Below are positions 8,773 to 17,158 of a stretch of DNA of 32,000 bases, in pieces (the stretch's first letter is position 1; each line of letters starts with the position of its first letter). This stretch comes from Bifidobacterium longum subsp. longum JCM 1217 (GTDB taxonomy: Bacteria > Actinomycetota > Actinomycetes > Actinomycetales > Bifidobacteriaceae), in NCBI RefSeq assembly GCF_000196555.1, contig NC_015067.1, positions 1,500,001 to 1,532,000 of the forward strand, written 5' to 3'. The notes under the pieces were generated by a model. The model was not told the origin of the DNA. It worked only from the letters and a program-made list of their open reading frames with translations, and ran no database searches. The position numbers and the translations under genes were made by a program.

Positions 8773-9004
8773 TTACTCAACCGGAACAATAATGCGCTGC
8801 CCGGCCTGCAATGATCCGGACTCAAGATTGTTCAACGCAATCAGCTCATCCACCGTTTCCGATACATCATGACCAGCAGGCGTGATAGCCGAAGCATATG
8901 ACCAGAGCGTATCCCCCGGCCGCACGATATAACTGGTCACCTGCGTGGCCCCCGTATCCGATTGGGCCCGCTGAGCGGTAAGCGCGCCGAAACCACACCA
9001 GGCC
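8773..9004 (-). pseudogene. 3' fragment of a LysM-domain membrane protein gene, disrupted by the IS21-family element
   Basis: My minus-strand translation gives ...GFGALTAQRAQSDTGATQVTSYIVRPGDTLWSYASAITPAGHDVSETVDELIALNNLESGSLQAGQRIIVPVE*. It contains a clear LysM motif (YxVxxGDTLWxxA...LNxL...GQxIxVP). It joins in frame with the 5' fragment at 11445-11573 once the IS and one copy of the 10-bp repeat are removed. Confidence 0.8.
8995..9004. repeat. Left copy of the 10-bp direct repeat ACACCAGGCC flanking the IS (target-site duplication or part of one)
   Basis: The identical 10-mer occurs at 11445-11454, immediately outside the other IS end. Confidence 0.75.
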
Positions 9005-9088
9005 TGTATTTAGTCAAGTCGGTGTTTCGTGTTTCGTCACTAATTTTTTTCGGTTTTCGGCATGAGGAGTGCCGGCCGGTGGTTTGTT

Positions 9089-9850
9089 TTACTGGTTGTC
9101 CGTCTTGCCGAACATGAGGGCCTGGCTGACGCGTCGGCTGGGGCCGGTGAATTCGATGAGGCGTCCGTGGTGGACGATGCGGTCGATGATCGCGGCGGCG
9201 AGTTTGTCGTCGGCGAAGATCGTCCCCCATTTGCTGAACTCGATGTTCGTGGTGAAGATGATGCTGCGCCGCTCGTAGCTGCCGGCGATGATCTGGTAGA
9301 GGAGGCGGGCCCCGTCGATGTCGAAGGGCACGTAGCCGAACTCGTCGAGGATGATCAGGTCGGCACGGGCGAGGTCTTTGAGCAGGTTGTCGAGGGCGCC
9401 GTCGCGTTTGGCCTTGCCGAGCTGGAGCACGAGCTCCGCGGTCTGCCGGAACCTCACGCTCCTGCCTTGCTCGATGGCGAGCATGCCCAGGGCGGTGGCC
9501 AGGTGGGTCTTGCCGCGTCCCGTCTTGCCGTAGAACACGAGGTCCTGCGCCTTGGCCACGAAATCGAGGCCGGTCAGCTGCTCCTTGGTGTATCCGTCGG
9601 GCAGGCGCACGTTCGCGAAGTCGTAGCCGTCGAGGCTTTTGGGCACCGGGAACCGGGCCTGGCGCATGAGCCTTGCCCGTTTGGAGGCCTCCCTGTTGGC
9701 CAGTTCCGTGGCGAGCATGCGGTCGATGGCGTCCAGTTGGCGGGGCGTGGCCCATTCGAGCGTTTCGTCGATGGTGGCCTGCGAGATGAACAGGCTCCTC
9801 GCCCGCTCGCGCAGCGGGCCGGGGTCGGTCCGTCCGTTCTTCTGGTTCAC
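9089..9850 (-). CDS. istB: IS21-family helper ATPase IstB
   Basis: AAA+ motifs are present: Walker A FYGKTGRGKTHLA and Walker B LIILDEFGY. The GTG start at 9850 overlaps the istA TGA (GTGA). The ORF-track extension to 10162 lies inside istA and is rejected. Confidence 0.88.
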   Translation of the reverse strand: MNQKNGRTDPGPLRERARSLFISQATIDETLEWATPRQLDAIDRMLATELANREASKRARLMRQARFPVPKSLDGYDFANVRLPDGYTKEQLTGLDFVAKAQDLVFYGKTGRGKTHLATALGMLAIEQGRSVRFRQTAELVLQLGKAKRDGALDNLLKDLARADLIILDEFGYVPFDIDGARLLYQIIAGSYERRSIIFTTNIEFSKWGTIFADDKLAAAIIDRIVHHGRLIEFTGPSRRVSQALMFGKTDNQ

Positions 9851-11313
9851 TCGTCCTCCTTGGTGTAGGCGATGTCGTATTCGCTCAGGTCCACGGGGTC
9901 GTCGTAGGCCACGGGTCCCAGGCCCGAGGCGTGGCGTGCCGCGGCCAGACATACCCCGGCCCGGTCCGTGCCTCCGGTGGATTCGAGGATCTCGAGCATG
10001 CCGGCCACGGCCGCCCGCCAGCCGCTCTCGCCGTCGGCGTGCAGCAGGGCACGCAGGCTGTCGCGCCGCGTGGCCTCGTCCTGCGCGTCGATCCATTCGC
10101 GAAGCGGGTCGGGCATCGCGTCGCGCACCCGGCTGTTGCGCCAGGCCGCCGGCCGGTCGCACAACAGCCCGAGCTGGCTCGACGGGTCGCCGCTGTCGGT
10201 CGGCTTGTCCCCGTAGGACCTCGGATGCGTGATCACGCGTTTGCCTTCGGCATCGAGGATCTCCACCTCCAGGGCCCTCAGGCCGACGATCATCTCATGG
10301 CCGGCGTGTTCGGGTCCGGCCGCGTACCGGTGGCGGCCCTGGACGGTGACGTTTCCGTATTTGTCGGCCTTCATCCTCGTCCACGTGACCACGTCGAACG
10401 GCTTGGCGGGCAGGGGCAGCAGCGCCTTGCGATCATCCTCGAACAGGCCGGCCTGGCTCTCGCCCTTCCTGTAATGGTCCTTGTCCCCCAGCTCGAGACA
10501 GCGGTCGGGAAGGCGCAGGTTGAAGTTGTCGAGGCTCCACACGCTGGGCACCGGCACGAACAGCCTTCGGCGCACGGCCCCGACCCTGGCCTCGACCGCG
10601 CCCTTCTCGTGGCCCGAGTACGGGTTGCAGAACGAGTACTCGAACCCGTAATGGGCCTGGAACGCCTGGAACAGGCGGGTCAGGCGGATCTCGTCGAACC
10701 GTCGGCGGCCCACGCCGGCGGCATTGTCGTACACGATGCGCCGGGGCACCCCGCCCAGCCATTCGAACAGGTTAAGCAAAGCCTGACACGTGCATTCCGC
10801 GTTCTCCCCGGGCATCAGCTGGCACGGCGAGATGTTCGAGTACGGGAAATCCAACACGAAATGCCGCATCCGCGTCACGACGCCCCGGTAGCGCACGTCG
10901 ACCTGGCCGAAGTCCGCCTGGCATTCGCCCGGATGCCACGACAGGTCCAGGAAACCCATCTCGCGCTCCGCCATGAACTCACGCTTCAACCGGGCCACCG
11001 TCCGGGTCACCGTCGACAACGACGCCTCCACCCCGTACTCGTCACGCAACCGCTCGTGGATGCGCGTCGCCGTGTGACGTTGCTTGTGCCAGGTCTCCCG
11101 GTCCTCGGCGAGCATGCCCTCGATCACGGGAATCCACTCGTCGAGCACCGAGCCACGGCGTCTCCTTACCGGAGGCCTGGCCGACAGGTCGTCGGCCTTG
11201 AGATACTTGCGCACGGTCGGCTCGCTGACCTTCTCGCCGCGCGCGATCGAGGCGACGGACTCCCCATTCCTGCGCCTCTGACGGATAGACTGTATTTTGG
11301 GCATGCTGATCAT
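9847..11313 (-). CDS. istA: IS21-family transposase IstA
   Basis: 488 aa with an N-terminal HTH (ESVASIARGEKVSEPTVRKYL). DDE-type core residues sit in the contexts QADFG, VYDNAAG and GHEKGAVE. The paired istB is immediately downstream. Confidence 0.9.
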   Translation of the reverse strand: MISMPKIQSIRQRRRNGESVASIARGEKVSEPTVRKYLKADDLSARPPVRRRRGSVLDEWIPVIEGMLAEDRETWHKQRHTATRIHERLRDEYGVEASLSTVTRTVARLKREFMAEREMGFLDLSWHPGECQADFGQVDVRYRGVVTRMRHFVLDFPYSNISPCQLMPGENAECTCQALLNLFEWLGGVPRRIVYDNAAGVGRRRFDEIRLTRLFQAFQAHYGFEYSFCNPYSGHEKGAVEARVGAVRRRLFVPVPSVWSLDNFNLRLPDRCLELGDKDHYRKGESQAGLFEDDRKALLPLPAKPFDVVTWTRMKADKYGNVTVQGRHRYAAGPEHAGHEMIVGLRALEVEILDAEGKRVITHPRSYGDKPTDSGDPSSQLGLLCDRPAAWRNSRVRDAMPDPLREWIDAQDEATRRDSLRALLHADGESGWRAAVAGMLEILESTGGTDRAGVCLAAARHASGLGPVAYDDPVDLSEYDIAYTKEDE

Positions 11314-11444
11314 TTGCCTTTCCGGCCCTTTCCCGAATGGATTCGAAGCACCATCAGGCTAAGGCCCACGGGTGGTCGGCATGCCTTTCTGCCTAAACCC
11401 GAAAAAACTACGTGACTAAAACCTCAACTCCCTATTGAACACAT

Positions 11445-11454
11445 ACACCAGGCC
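11445..11454. repeat. Right copy of the 10-bp direct repeat ACACCAGGCC flanking the IS
   Basis: Identical to 8995-9004. Confidence 0.75.
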
Positions 11455-11573
11455 AGCGCCAAGGCGACCATCACTGCGATAATCTTCCCACGCACATTCC
11501 GGTGGAACGTTCCAGCATGCTGCATAGCTACACGTGCGCTACGGGCCGGGGCCATCACCATTGAACCAGTCAT
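11445..11573 (-). pseudogene. 5' fragment (43 codons) of the LysM-domain membrane protein gene, disrupted by the IS
   Basis: The minus strand reads ATG...MTGSMVMAPARSARVAMQHAGTFHRNVRGKIIAVMVALALAWC. It then runs into the IS and stops after 7 foreign codons. The break falls inside the predicted TM helix. An RBS (GAGAGGTGG) precedes the start. Confidence 0.75.
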
Positions 11574-11587
11574 CACGACCACCTCTC

Positions 11588-11617
11588 TCGAACAGATGTT
11601 CTATCGAACAACTGTTC
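11588..11617. promoter_or_regulatory. Two abutting LexA (SOS/Cheo-type) boxes: TCGAACAGATGTTC and TCGAACAACTGTTC
   Basis: Box 1 is at 11588-11601 and box 2 at 11604-11617. Both fit the actinobacterial/Gram-positive consensus TCGAAC-N4-GTTC. They lie 15-44 bp upstream of the LysM gene start. A perfect TATAAT at 11619-11624 follows immediately. Confidence 0.8.
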
Positions 11618-11656
11618 TTATAATGACACAAACGTTCGACACGGTCAAGTCGAAAC

Positions 11657-11670
11657 TCGAACAGATGTTT
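11657..11670. promoter_or_regulatory. Third LexA box, TCGAACAGATGTTT
   Basis: One mismatch to TCGAAC-N4-GTTC. It lies 54 bp upstream of the lexA GTG start, consistent with lexA autoregulation. Confidence 0.7.
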
Positions 11671-11679
11671 GATTTCACA

Positions 11680-11693
11680 CGAACAACACGTTA
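11680..11693. promoter_or_regulatory. Weak fourth LexA-like box, CGAACAACACGTTA
   Basis: It matches the CGAAC-N4-GTT core only. It lies 31 bp upstream of the lexA start. Confidence 0.4.
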
Positions 11694-11723
11694 TGCTGGT
11701 GACATAACGAAAGGAGCCCTGAC

Positions 11724-12449
11724 GTGAGCACCATTCCCTTCTCCCCCAAGCAGAAGCCGGACGAGTCCACCCTGACCGACCGCCAGCGCAAAGTGTTGGA
11801 CGCCATTCGCACGCATATCGACGAACAAGGCTTCGCTCCCTCTTTCCGGGAAATCGGAAATGCCGCCGGGCTCAAAAGTCCGTCTTCGGTCAAGCATCAG
11901 CTACAAGTTTTGGAAGACAAGGGCTTCATCCGCATGAACGCGAACAAGGGTCGCGCCATCGAGGTGGTGGCAGGATCCGCCCCGAATGCCGAAAAGCCCT
12001 CCCAAGCCAGCGAAGAGGCAACCAGCACCAGTAATGTGGCGGAGATATACCAATTCCCCGCCGAAGCCATTGCCGAATCACACGATGTGCCGCTCGTTGG
12101 CCGTATTGCCGCCGGCGTGCCAATTACCGCCGAACAGCATGTGGACGACGTCATGCGTCTGCCGGAACGGCTGACCGGCTCCGGCACCCTGTTCATGCTG
12201 GAAGTCCACGGCGATTCCATGGTGGATGCCGCTATCTGCGATGGCGACTATGTGGTGGTGCGCGAACAGAATTCCGCCGTCAACGGAGATATCGTCGCCG
12301 CTCTGCTGGACGACGAGGCCACGGTGAAGACCTTCCGCAAGGAAAACGGCCATGTCTGGCTGATGCCGCACAACCCCGCATACTCGCCCATCGACGGCAC
12401 ACATGCCACGATTATGGGCAAGGTGGTCACCGTGCTGCGCAAATTGTAG
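11724..12449 (+). CDS. lexA: LexA repressor
   Basis: 241 aa with a GTG start preceded by the RBS AAGGAG. It has a winged-HTH N-terminus, an Ala-Gly cleavage site (RIAAGVPI), the catalytic Ser (HGDSM) and the catalytic Lys (TVKTF). Confidence 0.93.
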   Translation: MSTIPFSPKQKPDESTLTDRQRKVLDAIRTHIDEQGFAPSFREIGNAAGLKSPSSVKHQLQVLEDKGFIRMNANKGRAIEVVAGSAPNAEKPSQASEEATSTSNVAEIYQFPAEAIAESHDVPLVGRIAAGVPITAEQHVDDVMRLPERLTGSGTLFMLEVHGDSMVDAAICDGDYVVVREQNSAVNGDIVAALLDDEATVKTFRKENGHVWLMPHNPAYSPIDGTHATIMGKVVTVLRKL

Positions 12450-12517
12450 CCTGTTCGCCACCAGCTGATCAGCGTGCACCGAATCGCGCTGGTCGTGCTA
12501 TAGTCACGCACAGCTTA

Positions 12518-12546
12518 CGAAACCCCGGCCTCGCGCCGGGGTTTCG
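12518..12546 (+). terminator. Intrinsic terminator hairpin after lexA
   Basis: CGAAACCCCGGC-loop-GCCGGGGTTTCG forms a 12-bp GC-rich stem, followed by TCGTATTC. Confidence 0.65.
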
Positions 12547-12614
12547 TCGTATTCAGACCATATCGCAAATGGAAATGAGAAGCGGTTTCAACTCGATAGA
12601 GCGAAGGAGTACAT

Positions 12615-13553
12615 ATGGCTCATACCCATGCACCCGCACCATCCACATCCGTAAACCCTGCCGCGCACCAGCGTAGGCTGATTGCCACGTTGACCGTAAC
12701 CGGTTCGGTCTTCCTCATCGAAGTGGTGTCGGCTGTCTTAACCGGCTCATTGGCCCTGCTGGTGGATGCCGGTCATATGCTCACCGACATGTCCGTGCTG
12801 GCGGCATCCACAATCACCGCCATACTGATGCGCCGCAAGCCCAGCAACACTCGTACTTGGGGCTGGGCCAGGCTTGAGGTGCTCACCGCTGCCGCAGGTG
12901 CCGTGGTGCTGCTCGTCGTTGGCATCTATGCGTTGATGGAGGCCGGCATGCGTCTGTTCGGCGGTTCCAAAGCGGAAATCGACGATATCGGCTTGCTGCT
13001 GTTCGTGGGCATTCTGGGTCTTGCCGCAAATATCATCTCGATTTTCATCCTTGCCTCGCAGCGCGAAGACAACATGAATATGAAGGCCGCGTTCCTCGAG
13101 GTGATGAATGACGCACTTGGCTCGGTGGCCGTGGTGGCCTCTGCCCTGGTAATGATCTCCACCGGATGGAATGGCTTCGACGCCGTGGCCGGTGCCGTCA
13201 TCGCACTGATGATGATTCCGCGCGCCATCAAGTTGCTGCACAACGCGGTCAAGGTGCTGCTGGAGGAAACACCGGATGGACTTGACCTCGATAAGGTACG
13301 CGAACATCTGGAAGACGTGCCGCATGTGCTTGCCGTGCATGACCTCCACGCCAGCACGGTGTCCACCGGCATGCCGATTCTGATGGCCCACGTGGTAGTT
13401 GACAAAGACCTCACCATGGAAGATGCCGCCACAATCCTCACCCAACTGCAGGATTGCCTGCGCGAGCACTTCCCGGTCTCGGTCCCCCACACCACCTTCC
13501 AGCTCGAGCCCGAGGGCTATAGCTCCCCCTCCTCCAACGAAATCCACGAATAA
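12615..13553 (+). CDS. Cation diffusion facilitator family metal (Zn/Co/Cd-type) efflux transporter
   Basis: 312 aa with six predicted TMs. The TM2 motif is GHMLTD, the TM5 motif is LEVMNDALGS, and there is a C-terminal cytoplasmic CDF domain. An RBS (GAAGGAG) precedes the ATG. Confidence 0.85.
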   Translation: MAHTHAPAPSTSVNPAAHQRRLIATLTVTGSVFLIEVVSAVLTGSLALLVDAGHMLTDMSVLAASTITAILMRRKPSNTRTWGWARLEVLTAAAGAVVLLVVGIYALMEAGMRLFGGSKAEIDDIGLLLFVGILGLAANIISIFILASQREDNMNMKAAFLEVMNDALGSVAVVASALVMISTGWNGFDAVAGAVIALMMIPRAIKLLHNAVKVLLEETPDGLDLDKVREHLEDVPHVLAVHDLHASTVSTGMPILMAHVVVDKDLTMEDAATILTQLQDCLREHFPVSVPHTTFQLEPEGYSSPSSNEIHE

Positions 13554-13555
13554 AA

Positions 13556-13576
13556 AATGCTCCCAACGGGAGCATT
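13556..13576 (+). terminator. Short terminator hairpin after the CDF gene
   Basis: AATGCTCCC-aac-GGGAGCATT, beginning immediately after the CDF stop codon (TAA at 13551-13553). Confidence 0.55.
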
Positions 13577-13585
13577 CAGCAGGGT

Positions 13586-13694
13586 ATAAAAAATCGCTGT
13601 ACGTGTGCGATTTTCGTGCCGCACAAGTTGAAGGCCTACAAAGGTAGGTCGAGTCTTGTGCGGTGCGAAAGGCGCTCCGTACAGCGATTTTTTA

Positions 13695-13695
<1 letters not shown>
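13586..13695. terminator. Long (about 110 nt) near-perfect extended hairpin with A6/T6 flanks; a bidirectional terminator-like element abutting the ldh stop codon
   Basis: The outer 18-bp stem is perfect: ATAAAAAATCGCTGTACG (13586-13603) pairs with CGTACAGCGATTTTTTAT (13678-13695). The middle stem is GCGATTTTCGTGCCGCACAAG paired with CTTGTGCGGTGCGAAAGGCGC, with about 2 mismatches. The apical stem is CCTAC-aaag-GTAGG. Confidence 0.6.
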
Positions 13696-14711
<1,016 letters not shown>

Positions 14712-14800
14712 CTAACGTCTTCACTCTATAAACCCGCTAAGACGTTTTGCTACCAGCACACCACCCTGTTTGATAACCGTATGGTAATGTTTTCAACGGT

Positions 14801-14814
14801 TGTTAGCGCTCACG
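14801..14814. promoter_or_regulatory. LacI-family (cre-like) operator candidate, TGTTAGCGCTCACG, upstream of ldh
   Basis: 13 of 14 positions match TGWNANCGNTNWCA, and the central AGCGCT palindrome is present. It lies about 145 bp upstream of the ldh ATG. Bifidobacterial central-carbon genes, including ldh, are reported to be under LacI-type regulators (AraQ/MalR1). Confidence 0.45.
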
Positions 14815-14837
14815 AATATACTGTGATGTTTATCACG

Positions 14838-16343
14838 TTAGTCAATGGACTGTTCGACCACCTGAGCGGCAAGATGGGCGTCAACGTCCGCTTCAAGCTG
14901 TATGCCATCATCGCGGTACTCCACCTTGTCTACCTTGCCGTATTCGCGTACACGAGAGATCAGGGAGCCAGCGGTATACGGCAGCAGAGCGTTGACATGC
15001 ACATGCGGGACCGGCAGCAGACTTTCGACCGCGGTACGCAGCTCGTCCAATCCCTCACCGGTATAGGCGGAGACGATGAACGCATCTGGCTGCAGCGCGG
15101 CGAGTCGTTCACGAGTCGCCTCGTCCGCCTGATCGGCCTTGTTGAATACGAGAATACGCGGAATCGAGGCCGTGCCTTCGATGTCCGCCAACACGTCATT
15201 GACCGCGTCGACCTGAGAGAACGGGTCAGGGTGGGAGCCATCGACCACATGCAGGATCACGTCGGCCTCGGCCACCTCTTCCAGGGTGGATTTGAACGCC
15301 TCGACCAGCTGGGTGGGCAGGCGGCGCACGAAGCCGACCGTGTCCACGTAGGCGTAAGCGCGTCCGTCGCGGGTTTTGGCGCGGCGCACGGCCGTGTCCA
15401 ATGTGGCGAACAGCGCGTTTTCCACCAGTTCGGCCGAACCGGTCAGACGGTTGGTCAACGAGGATTTGCCGGCGTTCGTGTAGCCGACCACGGCCACTGT
15501 GGGCAGGCCGAAGCGACGGCGTGAACCGCGCTTGACCTCACGTGCCGGGGCCATCTCACGAATCTGACGGCGCAGTCTGGCGATACGCGTGCGAATTACA
15601 CGACGGTCCATTTCGATTTTGGTCTCGCCCGGGCCTCGCGATCCGATGCCCGCATCCGCGCCGGCCGCGCGACCGCCGGCCTGACGGGACAGCGAACCAC
15701 CCCAACCACGCAGTCGGGGCAGCATGTATTCGAGCTGCGCCAACTCCACCTGCGCCTTACCTTCACGCGAGGTGGCGTGCTGGGCGAAGATGTCCAGAAT
15801 CACCGCGGTGCGATCCACCACCTTGACTTTGGCGGCGTCCTCCAATGCACGGCGCTGTGACGGCGGCAGGTCGTCGTCCACGATAATCGTATCGGCTTCC
15901 TCACGCGCCACGATGCCGGCAATCTCCTTGGCTTTGCCGGAACCAACGTACGTGGCTGCATCCGGCTTGGAGCGATGCTGCAGCAAACCATCGCATACCA
16001 CCGCACCGGCGGTTTCGGCGAGCGCCGCCAACTCTCTCAATGATTCCTCGGCCTTGGCTTGCGTGGTGACGGCGGACGACCAGACGCCGACGAGCACCAC
16101 ACGTTCCAGACGCACCTTGCGGTATTCGACTTCGGTGACGTCCTGCAGCTCGCCGAGACCGGCGACATGCTTGAGCTCGTTGCGGGCCTCGCGCTCCTCC
16201 CATTCCTGGTTGGCGTCCTCATGCCAGCCGGTCGCGCGCTGGCTGTCGTCGAGCAACACTTCGGACTGCTCGGCCAGCACACCTTCAGGGGTAACGTCGT
16301 TGTTGCCGCGGTTGATGTCGGTGTACTGGGTGTTGTCGGTCAA
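14838..16343 (-). CDS. hflX: GTPase HflX (ribosome-associated)
   Basis: 501 aa with G1 GYTNAGKSSL, G3 DTVGF and G4 NKAD, plus the HflX N-terminal domain (LEYMLPRLRG). The apparent start is a TTG at 16343 with GAGG upstream. Confidence 0.9.
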   Translation of the reverse strand: MTDNTQYTDINRGNNDVTPEGVLAEQSEVLLDDSQRATGWHEDANQEWEEREARNELKHVAGLGELQDVTEVEYRKVRLERVVLVGVWSSAVTTQAKAEESLRELAALAETAGAVVCDGLLQHRSKPDAATYVGSGKAKEIAGIVAREEADTIIVDDDLPPSQRRALEDAAKVKVVDRTAVILDIFAQHATSREGKAQVELAQLEYMLPRLRGWGGSLSRQAGGRAAGADAGIGSRGPGETKIEMDRRVIRTRIARLRRQIREMAPAREVKRGSRRRFGLPTVAVVGYTNAGKSSLTNRLTGSAELVENALFATLDTAVRRAKTRDGRAYAYVDTVGFVRRLPTQLVEAFKSTLEEVAEADVILHVVDGSHPDPFSQVDAVNDVLADIEGTASIPRILVFNKADQADEATRERLAALQPDAFIVSAYTGEGLDELRTAVESLLPVPHVHVNALLPYTAGSLISRVREYGKVDKVEYRDDGIQLEADVDAHLAAQVVEQSID

Positions 16344-16501
16344 GTGCGCCTCGTTTGGTTGGAATGGTTCACGATTCTTCTATGGTCCTTTATTATCATC
16401 ACATGAGGTGACATGCTGGCATAGATCGGCACGTACCGGCATAGGCCGGCTGATACAGGTCGGCATACGAGAGCGGCGAATCCCGCAGAAATGGAGCGAC
16501 C

Positions 16502-17158
16502 ATGGCAGAACAGTATTTCTCTGCGGAACCCGCATCGAAGGATGTGCGCCGCACATTGAACGTAACGTTGCGCGGCCATGAGGCGACCGCTCAGGTGTCG
16601 AACGGCGTGTTCTCCGGCTCGCGCGTGGACCTCGGTACGTCGGTATTGCTGAAGCATGCGCCCGAGCCGCCGCTTACCGGCGATTTTCTGGATTTGGGCT
16701 GCGGCTGGGGCCCTATCGCCCTGACATTGGCGTTTGAGTCGCCCGAAGCGAACGTGTGGGCGGTGGATGTCAACGAGCGCGCGGTGGACCTGACCCATGC
16801 CAACGCACAGGCGAACGGCCACACGAACATTCATACGGCTCAGGTGGACGAGTCCAGCACTCCCCTGCCTGCCGAGAACCAGCCGGCGTTCTGCGAGACG
16901 GTGCCGAGCGACCTCACGTTTGATGTGATTTGGTCGAACCCACCGATCCGAGTCGGCAAGGAAGCGCTGCATACATTGCTTATGGCTTGGCTGCCGAAGC
17001 TCAAGGTGGGCGGTGCCGCCTATCTCGTAGTGCAGAAGAATCTCGGTTCCGATTCGCTGATCCCCTGGCTGGACGATGCGCTCGGCGAGGGGTTCACTGC
17101 GAGCAAATACGCGAGCTCCAAGGGCTTCCGTATCATTGAAGTTCGTCATGAAATATGA
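16502..17158 (+). CDS. Class I SAM-dependent methyltransferase, RsmC/RlmG-like small MTS-domain (rRNA m2G-type)
   Basis: 218 aa with SAM motif I (LDLGCGWGPIAL) and motif IV (SNPPIRVGK). Its 3' end overlaps the hrpA start by 11 nt. Confidence 0.8.
   Translation: MAEQYFSAEPASKDVRRTLNVTLRGHEATAQVSNGVFSGSRVDLGTSVLLKHAPEPPLTGDFLDLGCGWGPIALTLAFESPEANVWAVDVNERAVDLTHANAQANGHTNIHTAQVDESSTPLPAENQPAFCETVPSDLTFDVIWSNPPIRVGKEALHTLLMAWLPKLKVGGAAYLVVQKNLGSDSLIPWLDDALGEGFTASKYASSKGFRIIEVRHEI

Larger units (their letters stand above)
9005..11444 (-). mobile_element. IS21-family insertion sequence (istA-istB), 2440 bp, apparently intact
   Basis: Imperfect terminal inverted repeats of about 55 bp start with TGT. 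The left end is TGTATTTAGTCAAG...GTCACTAATTTTTTTCGGTTTTCGG; the reverse complement of the right end is (A)TGTGTTCAATAGG...GTCACGTAGTTTTTTCGGGTTTAGG. The element carries an istA/istB pair with overlapping stop and start codons. It is flanked by a 10-bp direct repeat and it interrupts an ORF. Confidence 0.88.

Noticed and set aside
8995-9004. Treating the full 10-bp direct repeat as a definite target-site duplication.
   Set aside because: IS21-family duplications are usually 4-8 bp, so some of the 10 bp may belong to the element termini. The reconstructed pre-insertion sequence is the same either way, so the exact length is left open.
8937-9755. 272-aa minus-strand ORF spanning the IS boundary, and the 357-aa extended version of istB (9089-10162).
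   Set aside because: The first is out of frame with istB, crosses the IS end and is Arg/Pro/Gly low-complexity. The second is an upstream extension into istA. The canonical IS21 arrangement is the GTG at 9850 overlapping the istA stop.
14822-14837. TGTGA-N6-TCACG read as a firm CRP/GlxR binding site.
   Set aside because: I kept it only as a low-confidence note in the findings. It directly follows the hflX stop and can form a small hairpin. I cannot establish from this window that the organism has a cAMP-CRP system.
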